Source of the DNA: Selaginella moellendorffii
Lineage: Eukaryota > Plantae > Lycopodiophyta
NCBI RefSeq assembly: GCF_000143415.4
Contig: NW_003314317.1
Span: 788,296 to 852,295 of the forward strand
Direction: 5' to 3'
DNA: 64,000 nucleotides
The stretch's first letter is position 1. Each line of letters begins with the position of its first letter. The position numbers were made by a program, and so were the translations under genes. Shown one piece after another: positions 44,280 through 56,783 of the stretch. Below the pieces are notes generated by a model. It had not been told where the DNA came from and ran no database searches. It saw nothing but the letters and a program-made list of their open reading frames with translations.

Positions 44280-46400
44280 TTTTTTGCAAATTTTTAATTT
44301 TATTATTGGTTAAGTTTTATTTAATAAATAAATAAAAATAAAAATAACTATATATTTACAAATAATAAGGATCTTCTAGTCTACAACTGGTTCTTACAAC
44401 TCTACCATTTATATAAAAAGTTTAATGCTTACAAACATATCTATTTATTCCTATGACTTGTTGACCATGTCCCTGAGGGCAACCCCCATTTAATGGTGTA
44501 CATAAATCAGTCTCCTTGATTAAAAACCCATAACAATAAGATATAAGTGTCTTTATACCCTTCACTTTACCTTAGTAGAAGATTGAAACTTGAATTTAGC
44601 TTTGCTTTACTAGGGGGTTGGGATTTAAACCCAACCTCTGTAGATTATGTTTATGGATTTGACATCCCTTTAGGGAGCTGGGTGTAGCTCTTTATGCATT
44701 ATCGACCTAGCTAAACTTATATTAATTAGTTTACCTTTAATGCACCTTCGGGTCCTAATATATGACATTCCTCAATTTCATAAATGGATGCTTTAATTGA
44801 ACTTTGCATAAGTACATAAAATTTTACTTTGCAAAATTCCTCTATTAGATTTTGAGTGTTTGCCAGGTTATCTTTCGATTCCTATATTACTTTGCAAAGA
44901 GGAAATCCTTTTCATTTCATATGAAATTCTTTCACCTCACATCCTTGTTGTTTACTCTTGTATGCATTGAGGATGGCTTTAACTTTGTATTTCTCCTCCC
45001 TTTAAATAACCTTGGATAAAGGTCTTATTTAGTTTTTGTGAAGCAGATCCTTAAAGTACGGCCTAAGTAAGTTCATGTGGAATATCATCTTTAGTTATGT
45101 TTGGCTAGTGATACTTTCTCTTGAGTAAGCCCATTGTTTTAGGCATTCCACTGTGTTTTATAAAAGGTCCATCATGACACTTTTTTAATGTTACCTTCTT
45201 TAATTCCTATGGAATATACACCCTCATTTACTTATAATAAATGAGTCTATTGTATTTCATATAACCCATTTTCTCTTCTTTAAGTAACTTGACTCTTTAG
45301 TGGGCATCCTATGCCTTTTAGTTCCTTAATAACACTTCCTATGCTAGACCATCATCCTCATATGTGTAAACAACTAATGAAAACAATTTAGGAGATGATC
45401 CATGGAGTTCAAGTATAAAGGGAAAGGGCTTATAAATAAGAGGGTTAAGGGTCTTAAGATATACATTCTTGGGTTTGCTATGTTGAGTGACTTCCCGGGA
45501 AGTCCAAACTCAGAAACTTACATTGGGTTTTAAGTTCAACTTTGTTAGTTAGTTAAAGAAATCACACCATATATTAATTGATATCTGGCAGGTTTAGTTT
45601 ACTTTGGCTAAGTTCAACCCAAAGGGTAAAGTGTCAAGAGAGTGGGGCTTTTGGGAGAGCTACAACTCTTAACTTCCATTCACGAAAGCATAAACTTGTA
45701 GGGAAGCGTCATAGATTATAATCAATCAAAAACAATAATTTAAAAGACAATCCATGGAATTCAAATATAAAGGGAAAGGGCCTATGAATAAAAGTGCACC
45801 CCCTTTTTCAATCAGTTAATAGTTTTGGGATATTTGGAGTTAAATGTCTTTAGGTTTGAATAGTACTGGTTGAGTGACCTCCAACCCAATCCAAACTTAG
45901 GGGTTTACAATACATTGTTTGCACATTATCCCAAAAAATTGTTGTTACATTGAATATTGCTAATTTTAAGCTTGCTTTTTGACTTAGAGCATCTGCCACA
46001 ATATTGCTTTTCTCATGTTTATATAGAATTTCACAATTGAACTCAACTAAAGTATTGGCCCACTAACCTTGTTTTCCTCAGAAGTTAAAAAGCTATGATA
46101 AAAAGTGTTTTGTTGCCACATTATCCATATATGCTTTGAAGTGCCTCACAAAGTAATATCACTACTTTAAACACAAAAATATTGTCTTAGTTCCGAGTTG
46201 TCCTCTTGTGAACATCAAATTCAAGTAGGAGTATTTAACTTTACATTGCTTTACCTTTAGATCTTGGACCACTAGTCTTCAATCTCTTGAAGACTAGTGG
46301 GGGGTCTTAGTTCATACTTGGGAACTATTTGAAGGAACTTTTTCTTATAATGCTGGGACATAAAACAACACACCAAATGAATCCAGATGAGTAAAGACAA
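44280..46400. mobile_element. AT-rich degenerate element, possibly a LINE-like RT relic
   Basis: Faint LQRG...LSP...LFTL and FADD-like traces near 44890-45120; degenerate direct repeat 45380-45520 / 45730-45910. Confidence 0.3.
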
Positions 46401-47032
46401 CATTTTTTGTTTTTCACAGTTTATAATTTATATTATTGCTGAACTCATGCACCAGCACACGTCCACACGTTGCTATAGACTTCACTGCCACTAAAAAAAA
46501 ATAAAAAATCCAAATAAATAGTTGGATCTTGACAATCTTTAGAAGAGAAGTGTATGTTTCATTTCATTTTCGATTGAGAGAGGGGTGTTTTATATACGTG
46601 GTTGGTGTATGTAGTTGCTAGACTGTCTTGGGAAAGAGATCAGATTCGTTGAAAATTTTGTCTCCACTACTGCGTCATATTTCCATCTTGTTGCTTATCC
46701 AAGTACCACGTCAAGACTAAGATGGCAGTGTCCACAACTTTTGACAAAAAAATATTGACTCAATATCCCATGGATAGATTGACTCGAGATTTCTTACTTG
46801 GCTTTCTTTCTTTTTAATTTTTCATGTTCTAAATTCATTCTGGTCATTCTGGTCACTGCGAACGTTCAACAACTTTCCAGAAAAACATTAACATTTTCAG
46901 GGCATGAACACGTATATAGAGATCACAGAAGACTCATAGGACTCCACTCATCCGCTGTCAACCCAAATTTTCATGATTCGAGATGATCCCGTGGTTCTTC
47001 GAGAGCCGAGGCTAACTAACTTTGGCGATTCT

Positions 47033-47260
47033 TCAGCGGATGCAGCGGCTGCCATTCCCCTCGCTGATATCGATGGCATCTGTTGTCATACCCGTACCAA
47101 TTGCATTGCGCAGCGAAAACCATTCCAGTAACATCCTCTGTGTAGCGCTGCGCCATATCGGATTGATCGCTTGACAAGAGTTGATTGGAGCATCACAACC
47201 AGGCCTAGGCACACCTAGCGGTGGGAGTGGAGGTCGGGGGGATCACAAGGCACCAATGGA
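47033..47260 (-). pseudogene. Decayed paralog of the Trp-rich peptide gene
   Basis: Frameshifted pieces AQRY..RGCYWNGFRC, WYGYDNRCHRYQRG and NGSRCIR*. Confidence 0.7.
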
Positions 47261-47515
47261 TTGATTGAAAGTCGAGGGATTTGGAGAAGAGAGGAGGAGG
47301 AGCAAGAGAGATTCAGATATTTTATATCAAGGCCTGGACAATTTATATATTATTGCTGGAACTCATGCAATGCCATCCAGCATCGCATGATACATAAAAC
47401 ACGTTATCAGTGTCTTTATTCTTGTTTCCAGACCTTTGGCACTGCAGAATGATGAAATCAAAGGCAATTATGATGCTGATTCTTAACTTGGGCTTACCCC
47501 GTGAAACAAGAGGTT

Positions 47516-47713
47516 TCAGTTGCGCCAGCAGCGATTGTTGCGCCAGCTCCAACCCCTCTGGCAACGGTGGCAACTATTGTCATACCAATACCACCCCGAC
47601 TGGCAGCGCTGGGCAGCAGCCTTTGTGATTCCTCCCACGTCCACGCCCATGGCCAGCATCATCACAAACATGGCGAGCGCCAAAAACAACACGAAGAAAG
47701 CCTTGTTCTCCAT
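47516..47713 (-). CDS. Small secreted Cys/Trp/Arg-rich peptide (65-aa precursor)
   Basis: Signal peptide MENKAFFVLFLALAMFVMMLAMG; C-terminus QRCQSGWYWYDNSCHRCQRGWSWRNNRCWRN; TATAAATA at 47781-47774. Confidence 0.8.
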   Translation of the reverse strand: MENKAFFVLFLALAMFVMMLAMGVDVGGITKAAAQRCQSGWYWYDNSCHRCQRGWSWRNNRCWRN

Positions 47714-49599
47714 GATTTGCTGACAGACTAAGAGAAGAGAGAAGTGGTTGATCTGTGAGGCAGGAGGGGCTCATATTTATAGCTCGAGACAGCACACAAT
47801 GCTTAATGGAGTCTACAGAGTTGTCTTGGGATGGTAGTCCTTATCTTGTAGTAGAGCTCCGTGTTTGGGAATTTCTTCTCTTTTCTATACTGCTGGGATC
47901 CACATAATATCTTATGCGCTCTCCAACCCTTCAAATGAAGTTTTGATTTGTTTATCCAAAGTCAGTCACTTTAGCTCGCCATTCCTCTTCTACCGTTTCA
48001 TACTACAAGGTTGGAGATAGAGAAAGCCAAGGAATTTAGCTCGAAAGATCCTAGTGTTTGAAAGCGACACGTGTTCTTGTAAGCCTTGGCCTGTGAGTTG
48101 TTGGTGGTATTCCACTCTCTCAGTTATGTTGTTTCTTTGTCTCCATGCTCTCTCAGTCATCCGTCCATGGAACATTTCTTGTGAAACCATGCTGTTCTCA
48201 AAACGTAAACAAGTAAGTGCCCAGCAAATGTTGAACGGTTGGCTAACGTAGATTTGGTAGAGAGTGGACATCTAATTCTGGTTAGCTGATTAGACTAGCT
48301 AGAAGTGCATGCATATGGCTATGACTGAATCTCAGTGATTAGCTAGTAGATATGATAGGAGAAAGCTTCTATTTCTCAGCACCACCAACAGTGGCAGCAA
48401 CAGCATGAGCATGCCTATCATGCCTCTTCTTCATGGCAGTCCATTCCAGTTTTGCCCCCAATTACTTGCCCAATTCCAACAGCAATGCAGCAACACTATT
48501 ACACCCCTCTTCTGGTGCAACCAAACATTGCCTCTCCCTATACCCTGCAATGCATGGCTGAGGCCAAAGCATATGATGTGGCATGGTGATTTTGATGATA
48601 CTAGGCCTGATCCATCACCTACAGCTCATTCCGGGCCGGAAATGCCATAATCACCAAGCAGAGAGATTGCAGTAGCGCAATGCCACCAAGTGGATGGTTA
48701 TGCCTAAGCTCTGAGCCCACCTCCTCCGCCCTCTTCGCATTGTCACAAGACACTGTTTTGTAGCTTTTGCACGTCATTAGGGTATTGGGAGAGTGATGAT
48801 TTTGTTCTCACAAAGTTGCTGATAGTGCAACTCTTCACTAGAGAATGCTTAAGTCTTCAAGAAGCAGAGAAGGAGAACAGAGAACGTGCTGACCTATATT
48901 GGCAACCCTCACCAAGGCATTTGGCAAAACCAGCACATGTTTGCCAGCAAGTGATGCTCCACGTTTTCTTAAGGCATCATGATGTCTTTTGTAACACTAT
49001 GGTAGAGGCCATGTGCATATCCCACCACCTGCTATGAGAGATGGCCAAATTTCCACAATTTGTATGCAACTTATGAATTGTGAGCTTTTTGCCACTATCT
49101 GGAAAACCAGGAAACATCTTTGATTTTGAGGCCCTCTTTCTCCTGGCAAATAGTGGTCTACACTCAATGGGGGCATGTGACAATGCCTAGTGTGCTTGGA
49201 GTGACCTCTAGGCATCTACCAGCTTTGGCCTCCAAAGAAAATGTTGCTGCCATATGGCATGTCATGTAACAACACAACACCAACTGGCTCATCCAAGCTA
49301 TTGAAGGCTGCTTGACTGCTAGAAGCTTGGAGAATTAGAGGCATAGTTTCAGCAATTACTTACTCTAGGCATTTGATAGGAATTATGTGAGTTTTTTCTG
49401 GAATGGCATTTATGTATCCAAACTTTAGCAGGAACTGTAGCAAAGCTTGTCTAGAAGTATAAGGCAAGGAACTGGTTGCTTACCAGAAAGGGGTCCGGGC
49501 AAATCATGTGGTGCAATCAGCTGAGCTAGTCTTTGCCTTTTATCCTTTGTTATGAGATTTAGGAGCTACTACAATATGTGTTAGAACCTTGACACTTCT

Positions 49600-49960
49600 T
49601 ACACAATACATCATGTTCTTTAGAACTCAAGTACACACCTAGCTCCACCCTTTTCACGTTGACTTAGTATACTCGAGCAAAAGCCTTCCCTTTTGATCTA
49701 ATAAATTTAGAACATTAAAAGTGTTTTAAATGAATCCAAAACTTAGAGCCAAAAGTGGCTAGTATATAAACCTGCATACCAAGCTGAAAAATGCTCTTTG
49801 GATCAAGCTTTCATAGAATTCTTGGGCTATATTGTCTTGGATCCTTCCAAGGTTCACATTGTAGTTTATTGGAAGCAACTATCAAGTGTTTATGATATCC
49901 AATGCTTCTTGGGCTTTGTAAGTTTTTATCAATGACTCATTTGTGACTTCACTCTTCCTT
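49600..49960 (+). mobile_element. Ty3/gypsy reverse transcriptase relic
   Basis: Degenerate EFLGYIV.DPSKV....W......DIQCFLGFVSFY at ~49815-49930. Confidence 0.7.
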
Positions 49961-51724
49961 TGGTAAATTTCACTTTTAAATTATGTTTAGATAGCTGAGA
50001 CAAATCTCTACTTTCAAATTCGCACATATTCTATTGCATTTGGATAACAACAAATTATATTTTAGAATGTTGTCTATGCATAACTAGCCTTTTTGAATAT
50101 GTTCGTGCTTGTCCATATTTCCATTTTTTGTGCTTGGGGTGTTATTTTTATGTTAGACAAGTATATAACTTGATGATATGAGCATAGTGTTTAGGTTTTG
50201 TGAAGGTAAATTGAAGAGTGATTATTAGTTGCTTTGTGATTAGTGATTGTTTGTAGACCTCATCAAAGACTATTAACACTTGCTTCACTTGATAATGATT
50301 TAGCAATGATAAACTTACTTTGTCGGATGGTATTGCAAAGGATTGTGTCATTGTCCTTACATGGTTTTTTCCAAGTTAGCATATTGATTCCATCTCTGAC
50401 GATTTCATTTGGTTGCATTTAGTCTAGTGATTCATTCTTTGATAATATGTTATCTATAGCTGAGTATTGTTGAAGGTTTGGTCTCAAATACTAAATAAAG
50501 TATTTTTGATTTCGGTTAGCTTGGTTGTTTGAGAGTGTTGAGTGGTGATTCACTCTTACTTTCTTTTAGCTTTGTTTTAGTGTTGATGATGTTGAAATGA
50601 TGCCTTGCTATTGACATTATTGAAGTTAATATTGAAGTGAGATGGAATGTTTTTCTATAGAATTAATATTAAATTTCATTAGTTTTGATGTAGATAATGT
50701 TGAAGATTTTAGTTATAGCTTTTTGTTATTGGCAACTCAACTCATTTGAACACTAATATAGTTGCTAACTAATAAATGTATAAAGACAATTTAAGTTAGT
50801 CATGTTCTAGACAAAATTGTTTAGTAGGGGTTGAATTATAGATTATACTAGCTTTAGAGAGGAAGAGTTAGTGATCGATATAAGAGTGATTGAATCCTTA
50901 TTGAATTTGAATTAAGATTATATTGATCATTGATGATTCTTATTGCATTTGTTATTCAAAAAGAATTCATAGAGGATTATTTAATAATCAGTTGTTGAGT
51001 ATAGTTTTGTTATATTTGGCTTTTTGGTTGATGCAGACATGCTCTTCATTAACTTTTGCATTATAAAGTTTAGCATTTGGAGATGTTGAAGAGGATGTTG
51101 TGAGTTATATTATAATTTCTTTTTTGGTATTGATATTAGTTCATGCAAGATTTGTGATCATTATTAGGTAAGACATAGCTATAATCTTCTTTAAGCTTTT
51201 GGTTCTTTGAATTTTATGTTCATTGTTTCATTTGTTAAGAGTTGTTAGGGAAGGCATTTTAGCTCATTCGCTTTGATGTTTAAATTGGTATTTACAATCA
51301 TTGGTGGTAGTTGATTATTATCTCTCTCTCTCGATGTTTTGTATTCTGTTTTAAAAGGGTGTGACCATGTAAACAACTTTAACTGCCTATTTACAATAGT
51401 CAATCTAAACCTTACTGATGGGTTTAATTTTTTTGTTCATAAGGGTTGTGATTTGTAAATAGGGGCATATCATCTTTTATAAGCTGGATGATATCTAGAG
51501 TAACAAAGGTGGGTGACTCTGTTGGTCATTTTTTTATCAGTGATGGCTAAAAGGTGTTTGAGTTGGTAATGCATTTGCATTAAACAAAGAAGTTACCCTC
51601 TAACTCATTTAAGTTGGCACATTTCTCACAAAGTGTGAATATCTTGAATTTTTTCTAAAGTTGCAATAGTCTAGACTAGAGTAAATATTAACAAGGATGT
51701 CAATCTTCCCTAAGAGGGGGAGAG

Positions 51725-52960
51725 TGTTGCAAACATAATTATAGGTATTGAAAGATATTCATTGGCAAATCTTTTCAAATATTCTTTTCTTACTACCAAG
51801 ATGGCATGAAGTTAATATTGCTAGACCTTTTATCAATTCCCCTTATACTAGTGGAGTTAACTAGGCATTTTAAGTGTTAGATTTCCTATATATTATTAGC
51901 TAAGCAACTAGTCTAGAAGCAAGAATGAAGTAAGCACCCAATGCAAAGTGCTCCATGGCATTAACATCTTGCAAACTTATCTAGCATAGTAAAGAGTTCT
52001 TGTCTTATTGTGTTTTGCACTGGCTAGTGAAAAAAACCCTTATGTATTATGACTAATCCTTTAATATTGCTAAATGATATTTTACCGTGTTTGCTAAACA
52101 CTTTTGCTATTAGGCCTCTTATTCTGGTCCTATTGGCTACTTATGGAAAGTGTTTAAATCTGTTAATTGGGCATATCTACAAAATTTAGAGATTGTCCTT
52201 AGTACAATGGTGTTGTTTTTACTTAAACTTCATAATGCCAAAGCTAGTGAAGAGCATGTTTGCATCAATACAAAAACTAAGCATAATGAAGTTATGCTTA
52301 ACAAGTGATCATTTAATTGATCCTTCACCAGATTCGCAATATAACATGATTCTGTATTTAATAAGTTTTTGTGATTGTCTCAAAGACTAACTCCTAAGAC
52401 TAAGGTGAAAGCCCAAAACATGTGTTCCTCTAGAGGAGGGGGTTTGGGGGTTTCAAATATATAGTAAGGATAATGAGTAGGTTGAGCAATAGTTGACCAA
52501 CTTAAGGTATAATCAAGCTCCCATTTGCATATCTATGCTTGTTTTGTGTTTAATTTGGGTTTAAGCCCAAGCTCTATACTATGCTAGTTGGTGAAGTACT
52601 TATATCCTCACATTAAACCACTAGTATATTGAGATAGCACTAAACTTTGTTTGGCTTTGCTTTATGTATTGGTCTTGGAGTTGGGATGTTAAATGTTATG
52701 ACTGTTTTTATATCATTTAGTATTCCTATCCTTTTGCTCCTTAGGTTGTACACTTGATAGTTGTTTTATGCTTCAGTTGCTTACACTTGGCTATATGCTT
52801 AGGAGTTTGACTCTGTCCTTTCATTTAGTGGCCCAAGGCCTTGAACTTGGGTTCAGCTCTACTACCCTTAATCCCTTAGTTCACATGTCCAAAGGTTTAC
52901 ATTTTGCTTTATGATTATCCTTTAGTAAATCACTATAGGGAAAACTATATGCACTAAACA
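51725..52960 (+). mobile_element. Old 3' LTR preceded by a polypurine tract (same family as 55166-56282)
   Basis: AAGAGGGGGAGAG (51712-51724) directly before TG; ends gcactaaaCA; colinear with the solo LTR. Confidence 0.8.
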
Positions 52961-53049
52961 TGCCATTACACTCCTACTATAGGTCATTTTTAGATAGGTA
53001 AAACTATTGATCTTGCTTAACATTTATTTTAGTGTTAATACATGGAGGA

Positions 53050-53570
53050 GTTTATCCATACTTATAATGATATCTATCAACAAAGAAAAGTGCCTCAACT
53101 TGCTTTTATAGGTGTTCTTCAACCACTCTCTTTAGCTCTAGGGCTTTGATAATTTATTTTAACAAATTTGCCACCATTTTGCAAGGTAATAAATGTGTTA
53201 TTTTAGAGAAATAGTCCACAAACATTAGTAAAACATTAAATCCTTTAAAAAAGTTTTACAAAAGTAGATTTCACAAACTTTATTTTTGTCTACATAAACT
53301 ACCTAATGATTTTATGAACAATCGAGAACCATATTTCATCTCCAGCTTTTGGCAATAACTACTTCAATTACTCTACAATAGAAGTAAGATTTTCACCTCC
53401 CATCACTTTCAAATAGATAGATAATTAGAATGTGCAACTAGACATTAGAATAATATCTTCATTGTTCATCTTTCATCAATAGAATGATTGGGTTGACTTC
53501 ATTTTGCAAAATTCGGCTACAACTCCCAACATAAATTCACAAAACACTCAACATTTTGTGGTTTGCATCC
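53050..53570 (+). mobile_element. Ty3/gypsy integrase relic
   Basis: Degenerate LPNDF..NREPYFISSFWQ.LL...TSHHFQID..LE...DW.....KFGYNS. Confidence 0.7.
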
Positions 53571-55165
53571 TCAATAGTCTTATTCTTTTCCTACATCTCC
53601 TAAATCCATTTCTAATGATTTAGTGTAGCTCAATATACTTTATGATGAAATTCATCCCTATCCCTAAAAACTTACTGATAACATATTGATAAATTTTAAC
53701 TCCTAACACCTAATTTTAGCATTGGGTCTAAGGTTTAGCTCCTTCATGATCATCATAATAATTCTTGACTGAAGAACTCATTAAATGCTTGTGAGATTTT
53801 TGCTTTAGACTGATCAATGACCCTCTCTCTCTCTCTCCTCATAATGATCAAGATGAAACTTAACTACATAATCCTTTAATACATATCCATAATAACAGTC
53901 ACAATTAGCTATAATAGAGGAAAAATATCTTCACTAGGTTGTGAGCAAACCAAAATGCTCAAAGAGCAAGTGGAAAGCTAAGGGTTAAATTAGGGCATAG
54001 GGACAAAAAGATAGTGTAGAGAGAAGAGATGATATAAGTGAGTATTAGTGTTTCCTAAAGGAATACCATCAAGGGGTTTCAGCCATTTAGATACTTGCTT
54101 TAGTATGGAAGCAAACATTCTTTTGACCTCAGAGAAGTTCTTTCTTTGGGCATATATGCCAATTATGGAGGTTAACAACCAAAGGTTCCATAATAGTATT
54201 TAACATATATCTTCTACTTCCAAAAGCTTGTAACAACTAAGAAATCGGTATTATTCCCTTTCTTTTTCTGGAGAAGAAAAAAACAAGTTAGTATAGCCTT
54301 GTTCTATGTAAAGTTACTATAGTTATTAATTTCCTTATGATGGAATATTTTGAAGTTGCTTTATATATATGATTATTTTCATATAATCTTTCTTTCTTTC
54401 TATATTGATACTTGTATTTCTATAAGATTATTTCTTCTTAATATGTCTTGTTTTATTATTATTTTCAGTTTTGCAAGATCTTGATTATTCTCATATTATT
54501 TCTCATGCAAATAGGTTATTAGTAAGCAGTGATTTCAAGCCTATGCTACTCTTGATATCTCACTATTACTGTTTCTAATCCTTCTAAGGTTTTTCATAAG
54601 TTAATTCTTATATCACTAAAGATTTATATATTGTATTTTATTTTGTTACTTAAATTTAAGCATTTTACTCTCTTGTATCAATCAATTCAGCTAACAAATT
54701 TGTATTTCTGATAGCTCAACACCATTGACAAAATTTCATAAAATATTTCTCAGGTTGAGAATAAGAATCATAAACGTCACAAATGATTGATGTGCTAAGA
54801 AAAGGAAAAATTGTAAATTAAGAAGAAATACTAACAACATGAAAAGGTGGCTCAAGCCAAAAAAATAAAAAAAAAGGTTGAAAAAGAATAAAAGGTAAAG
54901 AGAAAGAATTAGATGGTAGATTGAAAGATGTACATTACCTCACAAAATCTCCAAAGATATCTCCATAATGATTAAGTTATTCATCACAATTTGAAATTCA
55001 TTCGAGCTTGTAAACATCATCTTCTAATAAACTTGGTTCCCAAACATTCTTCAAGAACCAAACTACACCATCCATAACTTTCTAATCAATGTCACAATCA
55101 TGCTTCACATCAATAAAAAATGGTAGAACATTGAAAATAAGAAAAATTGTGTAATGATACCCTAT

Positions 55166-56282
55166 TGTCGCGCATGTGACTTCGGGTATCGAAAGTTACC
55201 TATTGACCAATCCTTACGGACACTCTTACCTTACTGCCACGATGGCAGGAGGTCGGTATTGCTGGACCCTTTATCAGCCCCTCTTGTTCAAGTGTTAGTA
55301 AATTGAACTTTGCATCTGTACTTGGCCGGATGAGCATAAGGACGGAATTCCTAAGTGTCTATTCAGCCAAGCATACTTGGCCTGGCTTTTTAGTTCTCTT
55401 TTGCTCTGTCTTGCATTGGCTTGACAAGATTGAGATTGGTCCCTCAATATCGCTACATGATAGCTTACCGTGTCTACCAAACACCCTCGCTATCATGTTA
55501 GTCTCATTTCGGTCCCAAATGCTATTTATGGAAAGTGTCTAGATTAGCTCATTTGGCATATCTATGGAATGTAGAGATCGGCCTGAAACACATGGATGTC
55601 ATCCCGTGTCCAAATCACAATCTAGTGCCCATCCCATAATTATAAGTTTTGAGCTTGTCCAAGAGACTAACTCCTGATACTAAAGGAGGCTTGGGGTGAA
55701 AGCCTAAAGCGTGTGTTCCTCAAAGGGGTGGGGGGGGGGTTATGGGGGGTGGTTCCAAATGTATAGTAGGGATAATGGGTAGGTCGGGCATGGCTGACCA
55801 GCCTGAGGCATAGTCTAGCTCCCACTTGCGTGCCTGTCCTTGTTCTGCGTCTGGCTTAGGTCTAAGCCCAAGTTCCATTCCATGCTAGCTGGTGGAGTAC
55901 CCATGTCCTCGCGTTAGGCCACCAGTATGCCGAAATAGCACCAAACTCTGTTTGGCTCCGTTTTGCATGTTGATCCTGGCATTGGGATGCTGGTTACTCT
56001 AGGACTGTTCCAAGTCGCTCCGGGCCCCTGTCCCTTTGCTCCTTGGGCTTTATGCTCGGGAGTTGCTCCGTGGTTCGGTTCCATCACTCCTTGGCTCCAT
56101 GCTTGGGAGTTTGGCACTGTTCCTTCATTCAGTGGCCCAAGGGAACCTCGGGTTCCTATGGACACGTGGCATGTGACACGTGGCATCTGTCACGTGGCAC
56201 AAAAAGGGTTTAGGTTCCGCTTCGTGGTGTTATCCTATGGTAAATCACCATAGGATAAAGGGTCAAAACCACGTGCACTACA
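55166..56282 (+). mobile_element. Solo LTR (1117 bp) with 5-bp target-site duplication CCTAT
   Basis: CCTAT (55161-55165), TG...CA, CCTAT (56283-56287). The flanks rejoin to match the uninterrupted copy near 38200. Confidence 0.92.
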
Positions 56283-56744
56283 CCTATAAAAATTGAAGAT
56301 GGCAAAACATTAAAGATGGGTGCAACACTAGTATAATCACGCTCTACAACATTAAAAACTCAATCCTATGGAGTAGCATTAGCAATCTCAAGTGACATAC
56401 TCTTTCATCGATGATGGGGTGGTATGGTGGAACAAGAGAATATAATAAAGATTAAAAAAATAGCAAATTTAAGCACAATAATAATTGAAATTCTAATCTT
56501 GCAAAAACCTAATATAGATATAGATTCAAAAGAGAATGAATAAATAGTTACAAAGCATAATCTCAAACACTAAAGCAAAGCACTACCAAAAAGCTTTGAG
56601 TGTTATATATACGAAAATAGGTATATTATTTGGGGTTATATTTGGACTGTCGTAAACCCTTGCTTATATACAAAAATGGATTAATTAAATTCAATCTTAA
56701 ATGGACAATCTATATGCTATAATACTTTTATTATTTAGGCAAGG

Positions 56745-56745
<1 letters not shown>

Positions 56746-56781
<36 letters not shown>
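56746..56781. repeat. (TA)n microsatellite at the end of an AT-rich repeat
   Basis: Seen directly. Confidence 0.95.

Positions 56782-56783
<2 letters not shown>

Noticed and set aside
41462-47713. 2OGD + peptide as a RiPP-like biosynthetic cluster
   Set aside because: Separated by TE debris, and the peptide is secreted while the enzyme has no signal peptide; nothing beyond proximity links them.
47990-49500. Short ORFs upstream of the peptide gene
   Set aside because: Stop-ridden and CpG-poor with no recognisable domain; probably decayed sequence.
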